From positions 52,609,172 to 52,673,171 of the forward strand of contig JARDVH010000099.1 of the NCBI GenBank assembly GCA_030324005.1: 64,000 nt of DNA, read 5' to 3'. The stretch comes from Negaprion brevirostris. Lineage: Eukaryota. The position numbers and the translations under genes were made by a program. Shown here piece by piece: positions 51,101-63,656 of this stretch (position 1 is its first letter; every line of letters starts with the position of its first letter). The notes below the pieces were generated by a model. It did no database searches. It was not told where the DNA came from and was given only the letters and a program-made list of their open reading frames with translations.

Positions 51101-52281
51101 TTGCAAACAAAAGTATGTCAGCATATCAAGCTTAGTTAAAGGTTTCCCCTGGTAAAAAGCTGCTCACAAGTAGCCCCAGATGCAAGCTTATGCTTGGGAG
51201 ACAAACAGATGTGACTATGGTTGCTGGGGTTTGGCATTAACACTCATTGTCAACATGGAATATATACACTTGGACAGGGCATCAGCTGCACAATAGCAAA
51301 ACAGCCCTTGGAATGTCAAAACAGCACCAAAGTTGTGAGAGAGGAAAAGATCCATGACAACCAGTTTGCTGTTAGAATTAAAAAGTCAGCCAGGATCACG
51401 GTCTATCACAAGATGAAAAAAAAATGTACAGTTAACTTAAAATGCACATCCTGCATGGACTGTTGAAACCACAGCACAGCAGACTAGGTATCATACCATT
51501 CTTTTTAAAAAATTTAGCTATTTTAGGGAGTTTTATTATTAACACATCATTGATAAAATAACTATTCAAAGTCAGTACGTCTATGGCGTAAATCACTGCA
51601 CACACCTGGTTAATTGAAACAGACTACTGCATTTATTGTTATACATCGATGAGCTTGTATCTTCAGCATATCCAACCTTAAAGATAATCGGCATAAGTTT
51701 AAAATTAAATCGTACTTTTATCAATTATTTAGCAGATAATTATATTTATGAAATGTATTTGGAATATCCCAATTGAGAATTGTCAGGCTATAATCACTTG
51801 TATAATCTTGCTCAAAAGTATTATTTTTTTCCTGAAATAACCTTGATAATCAGAACCAGAAAGCAAGGCAGCAGGAATCAAAATGCAAAATGAAACAGTG
51901 ATTTTTAAAACTATCGACTGCAAACATTTGAGTAGCTTGGAGTTAGATTTAATTGAACGCATTAAAAGTCTAATATGTCAATGAGATATAAATGTATGAA
52001 ATTTGAAGAGGTAGTACACAAATTAACATATGTAATAAAATCAATGCAGTTAAGTACTAGAATTATCGAGCAACTTGGAAGAGAGGAGATAAATAATTTT
52101 TACTTCGCATTTGAGTTGATACTTAACTGTGGTATTAACATACCAGTAGTCTAAACTGACATCACAAATTTGCTTCAGCTAGCTATTTATAACCTGAAAA
52201 AGAGTGGTGAATATGCAGAGCCAAGATGGAATATTGCACATAAATCATTATGTTGTACACAAAGTTGACAGTTACTATATT

Positions 52282-52418
52282 CGGTGGGATTCTCTAGCCA
52301 TGCGCATCCCAAGACTGGAAATTCCTGCCTGAGCTCAATGGAGCTTTGGAAGGTCCACTGAATTTTCTATCTCGCAGGCTGCAATTCCAGTGACAGGTGA
52401 GATGGGAAAATTTTGGCC
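52282..52418 (+). mobile_element. Harbinger/Tourist-like MITE (about 130-nt family)
   Basis: Ends CGGTGGGATTCTC / GAAAATTTTGGCC with an ATT TSD on both sides. Similar to the 63530 copy. Confidence 0.75.
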
Positions 52419-52421
52419 ATT

Positions 52422-52547
52422 GTCTGGAATTTTACTGCCCCACCCATGACGGGAATCGGAGCGGGCGAGGGATGGGCAATGGGAAGGTCTGTTGACCTCA
52501 GGTCGGATTTTATGATTTTGGGATGAGTGAGGCTGTAAAAGCCTGCC
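52422..52547 (-). mobile_element. Second MITE of the same family, opposite orientation
   Basis: Ends GTCTGGAATTTTAC / GTAAAAGCCTGCC. The reverse complement is colinear with its neighbour (catccca...cctgag.tcaa...attcc...aaaatt). Confidence 0.75.
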
Positions 52548-53603
52548 TTTTCTTTCTCCTTGCCGTCTAAAAACATGCAGTGTATAATATAGCAGAGCTG
52601 GAACGAATTAGGTTTAAGTAGATGAGCGGATATTTTGGATCCAAAGAGAGTAAGCTTTACAAAAGGTAACCTTTGCAGCAAACAAATATTGTAATGCATG
52701 AAAATAATTTTTAAAATTATTGTGGTAATAGGTAAATAGGTTTGAAACAGAACACACACTTGGCCCTTGAAATTATGCCATGGGGTAATAAAGAACAAGC
52801 CCCTTTTGCTTTCATCTGACATTCCTTTTCTGCTACTTTAGAGGAGTCGTTAACACAATTAAAATAAATAGGTTAGCATCTCATCCAAGATAGGACAGAG
52901 CAATTCCAGATAAATAGGTTAAATATTCATATGTTATTATTCCACAACATAATCACAAGGTATTAAGGTTTTATTGCTACATAATGTCCCATACAGTTCT
53001 TGGCCTGTTTCACATGACACAGATTTCCTGAAGATTTCCAGTTGTATTGCATTTGTTTTGAGGTTTCTGCAAACACACTGGTGAAACTCATTTAGCATGC
53101 ATTCTCAATTGGACATGAGCTCTGTTCTCAAATCCTTTGTGCGTCTAACTGTTACTGTCATCTGAGAATGAACTGGAACAAGCAATTCTGAAACAGAGTC
53201 TCTTTTATATTTGAGTAAACATATGAACTTTTGATATGCTCTCAGTTCAAAAAGGATCTTCCTACAAAAGTGAACCTTAATTGTCTCAGTTGACAGCTGC
53301 CAAATCAGAGCTTTTCTAGCCTCTGAATAAGCTAAGCCTCAAAACACTATGACCGTAAGAAGTTAAATGAGAAAAACCTTTCCATATGGTGTACTCTTAC
53401 AATGTGAAAGTATTGTTAGTAATATGTAAAATTAAAACAGCTATTGATAATCTGTACTTACAAAGCAGAAATCTGATCTGCTACAAAAAGTACATCAACC
53501 ATGAATCCTTGAGTGTTCACCCATGTACCTGAGGCTCAGCATTGGAGTAACTGCGGATGTTGAATGAAGTAAAATATCTGGACTAAAATTTCAAAAACAT
53601 AAT

Positions 53604-53904
53604 GGGGCAACATGGTGGCACAGTGATTAGCACTGCTGCCTCACAGCACCAGGGACCCGGGTTCAGATCCCAGCTTGGGTCACTGTCTNNNNNNNNNNNN
53701 NNNNNNNNNNNNTCCGGGTGGTCCTGTTTCCTCCCACATCCAAAGATGTGTGGGTTAGGTGGATTGGCTAAATTGCCTCTTAGTGTCAGGGGGACTAGGT
53801 AGGGTAAATGCATGGGGTTACGGGGATAGGGGCTGGATGGGATTGTGAAAACTCAATGGGCCAAATGGCCTTCTTCTGCACTGTAGAATTCTATGATATC
53901 TATG
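53604..53904 (+). mobile_element. Full-length HE1 SINE (CR1/HER1 tail)
   Basis: tRNA-like head ggtggcacagtgattagcactgctgcctcacagc, V-domain, tail atgggccaaatggcct...ttctatgat, and TSD ATAAT. Confidence 0.9.
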
Positions 53905-54089
53905 ATAATAGCCAACAGATATCTGAACCAATACACAAATAAAAATCCCAGTGTGGCATAAAACAGCTATTAACAGGAATAAATACTATATGTGAAAGAC
54001 AAAAATAATTTGGAATTTTCCATTGTTATTCTTGTCCCAGAATATTCACTTGTCAGATATATACTTTGGTGAAGTTAGTATTTTTTGTT

Positions 54090-54530
54090 ACTATCCATTT
54101 TTGCAATATGAGCGACAACAGCAAGGCCAACCTACGCTGCCATCTCTAATTGTCCTTGAAAAGATCATGGTGAGTCAACTCCCTGAATTGTTGCAGTGGT
54201 GTAGATACACACAATGTCCCAAGTCAGGCTGGTATGTGGCTTGGAAGGGAACTTGCTAGTGGTACTGTTCTCATGCTTCTGCTGCAATGATGTCTTGGGG
54301 TTTGAATAATCAGTTTCCACAACCATCTTCCTTGTGCTAGGCATGGCGCAGCCAGTGGAGAACTTTCCACCTGCTTCACATTGACTTCAATTTTGTGAAG
54401 GTTCTTCCAGTTGGTAAGGGTGTGGATTTGGAAAGTGCTATCAAGGTAGTCCTGGCAAATTGCTGCAGTACTAAGCTGGGATGTTGTCAGGACCTATAGC
54501 TTTTGCTGTATCCACTGCCTTTGGTTGTTT
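54090..54530 (-). mobile_element. LINE-A 3' end, decayed and rearranged
   Basis: gccatctctaattgtccttgaa...ggtgag...ggcttggaagggaacttgc is antisense to parts of 9900-11004. Confidence 0.65.
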
Positions 54531-54534
54531 CACC

Positions 54535-54862
54535 CATGTTTTCAAATCTCTTTTTGGTCTTGTCCCTCCCTATCTCTGTAATCTCCTCTAATTTTACAAC
54601 CCTCTGAGACATCTGCACTCCCTCTAATTCTGGACTCGTGTGCATTCCCAATCACAATGACTCTATCAATGGTGCTGTGCCTACAGTTGCCCAGGCTCAA
54701 GCTTTTGAATTCCAGCCCCTTCACCTTGCTTACCTCCAATACGTTACATCTTAAAAACTTGCTCCCTGACTCAGCGTATCTCCTTATATAACTCAATGTC
54801 ATTCTGTGTTTTGCATTGTTCCAAGACTTTTCTTCATTTTAAAGGTGCTTTATAAGTTGTGG
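54535..54862 (+). mobile_element. L2 LINE 3' end
   Basis: ttttcaaatctct...ccctccctatctctgtaatctcctc...ctgcactcc...taaaggtgctttataagttgt. Confidence 0.7.
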
Positions 54863-55049
54863 TAATTGTTTTTGTTCAGGATGCTTCCTCCATTTGTATA
54901 TGTTCAGTTGAGCATGCAAAGAGGAAATACTGGATTTTGTTTCAGGAAAACAAAACTGGGGCAAGGAGGTAACATAACTATAAGAAAAAACAACTTCCAC
55001 TGTTTAGGTTAACAAGATGAAAAGAAGAAAGTAAAGGCAAATGAACATG

Positions 55050-55925
55050 GGCAGAAGTAACTCAATAAAAATGAAACTAGTCCTGATTAACTGAAAAAAA
55101 ATCACCAAATGAGATGGTGCGTAAACAAGAGGAAACATTCAGATAGGGGATAATCTGATTACAGGCAAGGCATATCCCCACAAATTGGTACAATGAAATC
55201 TGGGGTTTCCTAAGTAAGTGGAGAAATGGAAATTAGACTTGACAAAAAAAATGACAAATTGAGGGAAAATTGCACAAAAACATCTACAAGGGATGCAACT
55301 AAAAATTAGAAAGGCTAAGAGATGGCATGCAGAAAGACGGTAGATGACAAAGGGAAATACAGGATTAGGAAAAAATATAAACACATACGAAGCAAATATA
55401 GCAAAGAAAATCAGCCACCTTTGCTAACAATGGGAAACTTATGACAAAGAGATGGGAGAAAATTTATTGGCCAATTAAGTTTGGAAAAGAACACCTTATG
55501 ATGAACCATGGGGCAATGGAGCTATCATTTATCCCTATTTTTACACAGGAGTATCGTAGTGAAGGTGAAAGTTACAGGAAGAGATAAAGCAAGAAGATCT
55601 AAGTATACACGAGGAAGTAGTGCTATAAAGACATGGTGGAAAAGACAATTGCCCTGATGACATGAATCCTAGAATGCAGTGGGAGATCAGACATAAAATT
55701 ACAGGGGCCCCAGATTCAACTTTCAAGACATGTAAATTGTCCAAGAAAGCGGGAGGCTTCCAATATTAGAACTCTGTTCACACTGGGAGAAAAGGAGAAA
55801 AGTCACAATGTAAATTAATACTCATATAAAAATATGAATTAATCAAAGGGAGGCAGTTTAAAATTGTAAACTGGAAGTTGTGTCTGACAAATTTAATAGT
55901 GTTCTTTGAAGAAATGGGAGCGTAT
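55050..55925 (+). mobile_element. Old CR1 ORF2 fragment
   Basis: A-rich decayed coding strand with PDDMNPR-like and SCLTNLIVFFEE motifs. Confidence 0.55.
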
Positions 55926-56964
55926 CCATAAACAACTTCTCCCTGCCTAAACTCTTATATTAAAAGAAAACAACATTATCTATCAGTATAGTACCGTTAC
56001 TGTTTTTCACTGAATTAAACCAGCGATCTTACTGATATATATGTAATGGGCGGTAACCAAGCTAAAGAAAGTCACACGACCAGGTTACATTCTGGACTTC
56101 TTACTGTGTCCACCCCAGTCCAATGCCCGCATCTCCACATCATGTTACACTCAAACAAACGTCATTGCAACACAATTACTTGAACTAATGTGTTTTTTTT
56201 ATGTCAAACTGCTCTTTGAAGAGGAAATAATGGACCTCAAGTAATGATTGAAAACATGGTAAATCGAGAAAAGCAACAATTATAGGAACAGAATTCTAGA
56301 AAATGGGACATAGTGAGTTTCATTTATTTTCTGTTGAGATTGTAAAGTGTGATAAGGACATCTCGTTTTATTGAGTTAGACTCTGTAGTGAAATTATCGA
56401 TATAGAAAGATTATATTATTTTGAGTATTTTGCTTTTATTTCTGTCTGAATTAATTAGGAAGGCCTATGTGGCAGAAAGTGTCACTAATCAAAGTATAAA
56501 AATTTTGCTGAACAAGGCAAATGTTTAAATAGTGTTTTGATTTTGTGGGGAAAAGCTTTTTTTAAAAATATAAAAACAGATATTTCTTACTTTTACTACA
56601 GGGTGTGTATTTTTACAAAACGTGTTTGCAAGTTTAGTACTCTGCAAGAATGACAAACATACTTTGAAATGCCAGTAAATTAGCCTCAAGTATTCATTAT
56701 GAATGTCAGTTGAGAGTCTTTTGAACTTCCATTCCAGAAAACATTTGGTTTTAGCCAACACTTGAAATTATATGGACATCAAAAAAGACACTGTAGGGAT
56801 TTCACTTAGCATTAACTATGCTGTGCTCTTTCTGTTCATGTTTATCTCTTGTGCTATAACACTCCATTGTTAATTTAATGCTGTTCTACTTTCAATGCAA
56901 TTAAATTTCAAAAGGAGATCATATTTTGTTGGCTGGAGAGTTCTTCCTTTTACAGAACGCCACA

Positions 56965-57075
56965 GAATATGGGAATAGGGTGGGATAGAGGACCTGGGTA
57001 AGATACTCAGTCAGAGAGTCAGTGCAGACTCAATGGGCTGAATGACCTCTTCTGCATTGTAGGGTTTCTATGTTT
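56965..57075 (+). mobile_element. HE1 SINE/CR1 3' tail fragment
   Basis: gtgcagactcaatgggctgaatgacctcttctgcattgtagggtttctatg. Confidence 0.7.
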
Positions 57076-57725
57076 TATCATTAAGTTGACTAAGACTGAA
57101 ATGCAAATATGCAACACTACTTATAATTTTATTCATTGATACTGTCCAAATAAATTGTCAATCACTATCATTTTAAGGCTAACATTGCAATTAGATCTGT
57201 CAAGGACAGCTCCTAATACTAAACAGTACATCGCCAAAATGGAACAATTTTAATTTACAGAAAAACAAATGGTATATCGACACTGCCACTTAAGATTTTG
57301 TATTGGTTAGAAGAGAAATCGTACAGAATGAAAAAGTCAGAGGTAGGTCTTGTGGATCATATTTCTCCTTGAAAAACTTAATATCTCTCTTGACAAGGAG
57401 AATTCTTGTTATCTGATGGTTGTTAATCATGGCTCAATGGTGCCATGACATTACAATGCAAGCAGAAGAGGTAGGCCCCAAAAACTACTTCAGTCAGTAC
57501 AGGAATTGAATTCAGGCTATTGGAGTTAACAAGCACAACACATTGAGCTAATTGGCCCTAATCAGACTTGACCAGACCCTTTTTTTTCCCCAAATTGCTT
57601 TCCTCATGTTTACTTTTCAAACAATTTAAGCATTAACCACATTAATGTCATGCTGTAGGAGAAAAACGGTTNNNNNNNNNNNNNNNNNNNNNNNNNNNNN
57701 NNNNNNNNNNNNNNNNNNNNNNNNN

Positions 57726-58300
57726 AAGGCAAATCAATTTCAGAGCCCAGGCCAATTAAACCAAGGGAGACTGGTCGGCAAATTCCTTTACTCTCATGCA
57801 TACAAATATATCTTTCTAAAGAAATGTCCGCAAGCGTATGAAGCAAATTCTCAAAATTCTATTGCTAAATCTATTCTATTTGTCAGATTGAATAAAAACA
57901 TTACGGATTATTTTTAAGGTGGATATGGAGCCACCTGTTTTAGGCTGACCAATTAATGTTTTTAAATAGTTGTTTTTTTTAAAAAACAAGAACTGCAGCC
58001 TGCATATGCAGGAGCATGACGCAAATAGTTCTTGGCCACAGTATTTTGTACCTGACTGTGATCCTTCCTGGCTGCAGGGCAAAACCAAAGGCTGTGGGAG
58101 AAAGGGGATATATTTTAATAACATCATCTTTATGAGCATGTGCTGTCACATGGCAGTCCAGTACGTGCATTTTGGCCATTAAATAACCACTACAATAGTG
58201 CAACCCCAGGCTATACTGTTATATTCTGTTATTTAATGGTACATTTTATGGGATGTTTAAGAGTCCTCACTAACTCTTTTATGACTTTGATTTGAGTGCA
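57726..58300. promoter_or_regulatory. Candidate conserved non-coding element (enhancer)
   Basis: Repeat-free, with AAATCAAT, CCAATTA x2, TGTCA x2 and TTTATGAC motifs. Conservation not tested. Confidence 0.35.
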
Positions 58301-59189
58301 AACAAGCATTCAGCTTGAAAATTTCCACTGCCAAGGTGGTTGTTCAACATTACAAAAAATGCATGTTAAGTAGCTTCTTAGAACAGTAGAACACTCAAAA
58401 GAGCTATTATTGCGCTTTCGCTACCAGGAAAATTAAACATACCTTTTGCAACAAAAATAGGCAACAATTTAAAATCATATGTCAGCAAATACTGCAGTGC
58501 TCTTTCCACTGATCTCTGCTTTAGCGTAGATTGGCTTTCCTGCTGACTTTAGTGGAGGAGATTGGAAAATTCCTGTGCAAGTTTTCCCCTGTACAATTTT
58601 GCAGAAAAAGGCTGCATTTGACACATTGTGCATATACTGGCTTTCTGAAATCACTTAGTAATTAATCTTATTCTCCTGCTCTTTCCTATACCCTCACTTT
58701 TTCTTTTCAAATATTGATTCACTTCTGTTTTAAAAGCAGAAAACTCCATTTCCACCACAGTTTCTGCTAAGATATGTAGTTAAAAAGAAAACTTAGAACT
58801 ACATTTTTCCTTCCACAAAAAGTTTAATAAAGGCATTAAAAGACAAAATACAAATTGATTAATAAATGTAATAATTCTATTCCAGCAGTAGCACCAGCTG
58901 CCTTTTCATTCACATGTCCCTCCGCAAAGCAGAGGGGATGGTCACACAGATTCAGCTCCAAAGAAATGGGATCTCCATCATTGGGCTTACATAGAGAATC
59001 TCTCAACACGCCTGAGCACTAGTTTCTCAGGAGATTGACTTTGACAGCAGGTTCCTCCAACAAGACACCCTTCTCAGTGGAGCTGGTAAGCACACATTCC
59101 GGTGGCCAATTAAGTGCCTATCACTGGAAGGGCCTTCCAGCCACTGACTCCACCCCCCTCCCCCTAACCCCCCCATCCCATCCCATCTA

Positions 59190-59700
59190 CCTCACCTAGC
59201 TTTCACATGCTCTCTTCTCCTGCAGGGAGAAAAAGCAGAAAGATATGAGTAGCAATAGTTTTTAGGGTAGACTGAAAGGGCAACATTTAAATATGGGCAC
59301 AGACGCAAGAAGGCAACAGGCTGAGAGTGACTGTATCTGTTGGCTGCACAGATGGGATGTGAAGTGCTTGCAGAAAGTGGAATGAGTGCAATTACAAGGT
59401 GTGTTGTTCTGGGGAATGTTGTGCAGGAAAATGCTGTGTAAGTCAAAGTATGGGTCTTGGGACCTGAAACTGTTATGCCACTCACCTGTCATGTCCTCCT
59501 GAGGTTGTGGATCCACTTGATGCACTGTCTACTGCTGGAGGGACCACACTTCTGCTGCTGACTTCCTCAGCCTCTTCCATCCATGTCTACTTATCTAGGA
59601 GGTTGTCCTTGGCCAAGATCACCTCATTGTAACTCTGCACATCTGCAGCAGGATCTACAGGTTAGGAGTTAGAGGCCCAGGGTCAGGTCACATCTTCATT
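59190..59700 (-). pseudogene. Harbinger Myb/SANT-like gene relic with its intron (59220-59485)
   Basis: Minus strand L*ILLQ...TWMEEAEEVSSRSVV...QCIKWIHNL, then cag|GTGAGT donor, 266 nt, and tttttctccctgcag|GAG AAG AGA GCA (EKRA). Confidence 0.6.
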
Positions 59701-62374
59701 CCTGCAGTTGCTTCAGTTTCAAAGATCCATGTTTTGGTGAGCCAATGTTGTGATCTCTTTTATTATTGATGCCTTGATAGATCCAGTGCATCATCCTGCT
59801 TGTCCTTCCATGGTTGGCAGTGAATGAGAAAGTGGGATGCTAATGCCATGGGTCAGTTAAACAACTTCAGCAAAGCCCATTCCAGTTATGCACAGATTTC
59901 TGACCTGTAAAGAAACTCGCCAACTGGCCAATGACTAAGGTGGAAAAGTCTACCCAAAGAAATCAATGGACTTATTTTTTCCAAAAACATTTTTATGCAC
60001 ACCCTTATCAGCAAAGTCGTCAGAATTAAATATGCTTTGAAATTCGTATCAATAAAAAAAATCGAATAGTCCGCAAGCACAGGTGTTCGTCTAAACTGTA
60101 GTGTACGTATACACTCACGAACGTCATCGCGAATCGATTGCTGNNNNNNNNNNAACATATAAAGTGTGAATTACAATCATAACACATAAGTAAAGATGGT
60201 GGATAGAGAATGTCAACCATATGCAAGATTTTTGATGACACGCACACATGCATATACACACACACACGTGCACACTTACATTTGTCACAAAGTTAAGAGC
60301 TTTTCAATTACATTAAAATTATTGATGAATGCATGTTTTTAGGATAGCCAGAAGCACAAATAAAGAAATGAGGTTTTCAGAGTTGAAGCAACTTGTTTGA
60401 TTCTTTCTCTATATAGTTCAATTTAGTTGTATAATGGGAGTTTTATTTGGATCACTGTCAATTGCATAAAATTGTTGCTAATGATTGGGAGTGGAGGTGG
60501 TGGATGGGTAGATGCGCCAGTAGCATTCTAAGAAGAGAACTCAAATTACTTGCCATTTCTCCAGTTACAAGTGGAGGCCAAATATTACTCATCTTGTTGG
60601 AATGTGTCTATAATGTGTTTCAACCTCCTATCTTGTTNNNNNNNNNNTTGTTAAAGGAGGAACGGCAAGAATTAGGGAGAAAGAACCTGAACACCATCAT
60701 ACGTTTGGGGAGGGGACACCTATTGTATACCATGCATGTACACCTAATATGCAACTCCCAAAATAATTCAAAGTGTCAAATTTGTGTAAGAACTGGAGTA
60801 AATCCCACTGGTTTTTTTCAGCGGGAGTTACAAAATGAATCTCCCACACTCTGCATCACAGAGAACCCGAGCATGAATTACTCCAAATATCTGTGGGCGG
60901 GTTCTATTCCTGCTGGAGAGGCCAGCAGCATAGTGCTGAATGGGCCCATGTGCATGCACCATATTTGTCAGTGCCGACATTGGTTCCTGCACATTAAGCC
61001 AAAAGCAGGAGCCACAGTGAAGAAAATTATATGTTACAAAGGAGAAAGTGTTGACAATTAAATCTTAATAACTAAATAACTGTTTCTACCATTAAATCTG
61101 GTTCAATTGATATCTTTATATTCCCTTACAACTGAATGTGAAAAGTCCAGAAGAAATATTCTCTTGCATCTAGAAAATAAAGAAAATGAAAAATGCCCAA
61201 TCATGGAACTTGTGTATAATGATGCCCGTGGATTATCTTTGACTTGTACCACATACATATGACGACATTAGCTTCATTCCCTAAACTTGAGCAGCTGAAA
61301 CAGTTAAATTATCTTAACGTTTACAGATTTTGCACCAGGTCTAGTTTTACATCTGGGCTACACAGGTCCACCTATGTTCAGTTGTCATATCACTCTTCTG
61401 TTCCATTAATTTGTAAGTTCAGTAATGGTAATCATGGTATAATACATATGCAGAACCAATTTAAGAATTCTTGGGGTCCTCCACAAACCCTGCACAACAT
61501 TAGAACATAAATGTGAAATCAATGTGTAATAATAAAGTTCATGAAGAAACAGGCATGTAGAACGTCTATACAGTACATTAATATTAAAGTAAATTCAATC
61601 ACAATATGAAATATTTAAAATAATACCAGTTATACTCAGTTGTCCCATGTTAAAATGGGTTTTACATGCCTTAATCTGCCCTGATTCAATGAAAACTACA
61701 GGATATAATTATCAATCCCCTGATCCCAATGTGGATTTGTGCCTGGCGAGAGGGCTGTATATCTGTGTCTCCAACATGTGTTTCCTTTGAGTATGGTTCT
61801 CCATTGGGACTACAGGATTAGTGAATTTAGCCAGCGAGTTTAATCTTTGAGAGAGCTCGTGTTAACTGATTCTATGAACGTGATTGCATATTTTTGTAAA
61901 GAAAGTTGCTTTCTTTGTTGANNNNNNNNNNNNNNNNNNNNNNNNNNNNNNNNNNNNNNNNNNNNNNNNNNNNNNNNNNNNNNNNNNNNNNNNNNNNNNN
62001 NNNNNNNNNNNNNNNNNNNNNNNNNNNNNNNNNNNNNNNNNNNNNNNNNNNNNNNNNNNNNNNNNNNNNNNNNNNNNNNNNNNNNNNNNNNNNNNNNNNN
62101 NNNNNNNNNNNNNNNNNNNNNNNNNNNNNNNNNNNNNNNNNNNNNNNNNNNNNNNNNNNNNNNNNNNNNNNNNNNNNNNNNNNNNNNNNNNNNNNNNNNN
62201 NNNNNNNNNNNNNNNNNNNNNNNNNNNNNNNNNNNNNNNNNNNNNNNNNNNNNNNNNNNNNNNNNNNNNNNNNNNNNNNNNNNNNNNNNNNNNNNNNNNN
62301 NNNNNNNNNNNNNNNNNNNNNNNNNNNNNNNNNNNNNNNNNNNNNNNNNNNNNNNNNNNNNNNNNNNNNNNNNN

Positions 62375-62460
62375 CAGATCAGCCATGATCTTATTGAATG
62401 GCGGGGCAGGCTCAAAGGGCTGGATGGCCTACTCCTGCTCCTATTTCTTATATTCTTATT
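62375..62460 (+). mobile_element. CR1 3' tail after an N gap
   Basis: gatcagccatgatcttattgaatggcggggcaggctcaaagggctggatggcctactcctgctcctatttcttat. Confidence 0.85.
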
Positions 62461-62726
62461 AAGAATAATTTTCTTAATTCCTTATTTTGCATGTTTGGAA
62501 GAAATGTAAAATATCTCAATTCAACAAATTTATTTTTGAAGAAGACAGTCAGCAAAGACAAAAGCTCCAACATCATGAGACTTAGTCATCTTTCAGGTTT
62601 TACTTATTTCAATAAAGTCAGTCCAATCTGATTAGCTTAGTTTGATTGGCATTAGAAAAATCGGAATTTTCTGTGGCCGCCGAAACATACTGGCTAAGCC
62701 CCAATGTAAAGAGCAACAGAGCTAAG

Positions 62727-62903
62727 GAGTGGGATTTTCTTGCCCTTACTGCTGGCTGGATCTTCCGGTCCAGTTGAGGGCAACCCCCCACCCGCGGTGG
62801 GACGAATTAACATCACACAAAACAGCACTGATATCGGCAGGATAGGAAGCTCCCTACTCCGCCTCTGGGGAAGACATGCCGGGGGGATTGGAAAATCCTG
62901 CCC
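62727..62903. mobile_element. Harbinger/Tourist-like MITE
   Basis: Ends ggagtgggattttc / gaaaatcctgccc. Interior related to the 4686 and 49841 copies. Confidence 0.7.
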
Positions 62904-63529
62904 ATAGTTCTAGGCAATACATATTTGAGACATTGTACAATTTTAAGTTTGCTTTCCAAATCTACTGCTTCTAAAAACCCAACAGAATCTAATTAAAACT
63001 CATGCAAAACTCATGAAGTACTTCTAGCAGATTTCAAAATAATGCTTAATCTAGACCTGTCTCTTTTCTGTTACAAAATAGTGGTGCAGAGTTAAAAGAA
63101 AAGTATATTTCTTAATAAAAATTAAAACTGTATGGAGCTAAATATCTTCTTAGTTTTACATGTAATTTAGTGTATTAAGTGTTGGAACCAACATTAAGTT
63201 GAGGGGGGTGTGTAGAATGGGGAAAAATACTGATAAATGAATATCTTATGGTGATAATATATATTCACTAGAATGCCTGCAAAAATGATTTATATTTTAT
63301 TCACAAACAATATTTTTTCGAGCCAAACAAATACACAAACTCATGACCCAAGTCCAGAATATTTCATTTGAAAAAAATCTGCAAAATAAAATTTTATTAT
63401 GAATCACTGACGAGCTTTGCTGGAATTTATTAATCCATTTTTTACACCATGGTGGCAAGACAAGCAGCCTATGCATATTTCACGCTGAGTTAAGGGTTCA
63501 TGATCATATTATTTCATGGCTGACACAAT

Positions 63530-63656
63530 GGGTGGGATTTTACGACCACACTTGCCCCAAGATTAGGAAATCCCACCCGAGTACAGTGGAGTTTTGCATC
63601 GTCTATGTCCCACCTGCTACGATTCGCATGGCGGCTGGGATGGGAAAATTCCACCC
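63530..63656 (+). mobile_element. Harbinger/Tourist-like MITE with intact TSD
   Basis: TIRs GGGTGGGATTTT / AAAATTCCACCC and a perfect 3-bp TSD AAT (63527-63529 and 63657-63659). Confidence 0.85.

Noticed and set aside
60447-61061. 204-aa ORF
   Set aside because: It has a non-ATG start, spans an N gap and a probable DNA-transposon fragment, and shows no recognisable domain or splice context.
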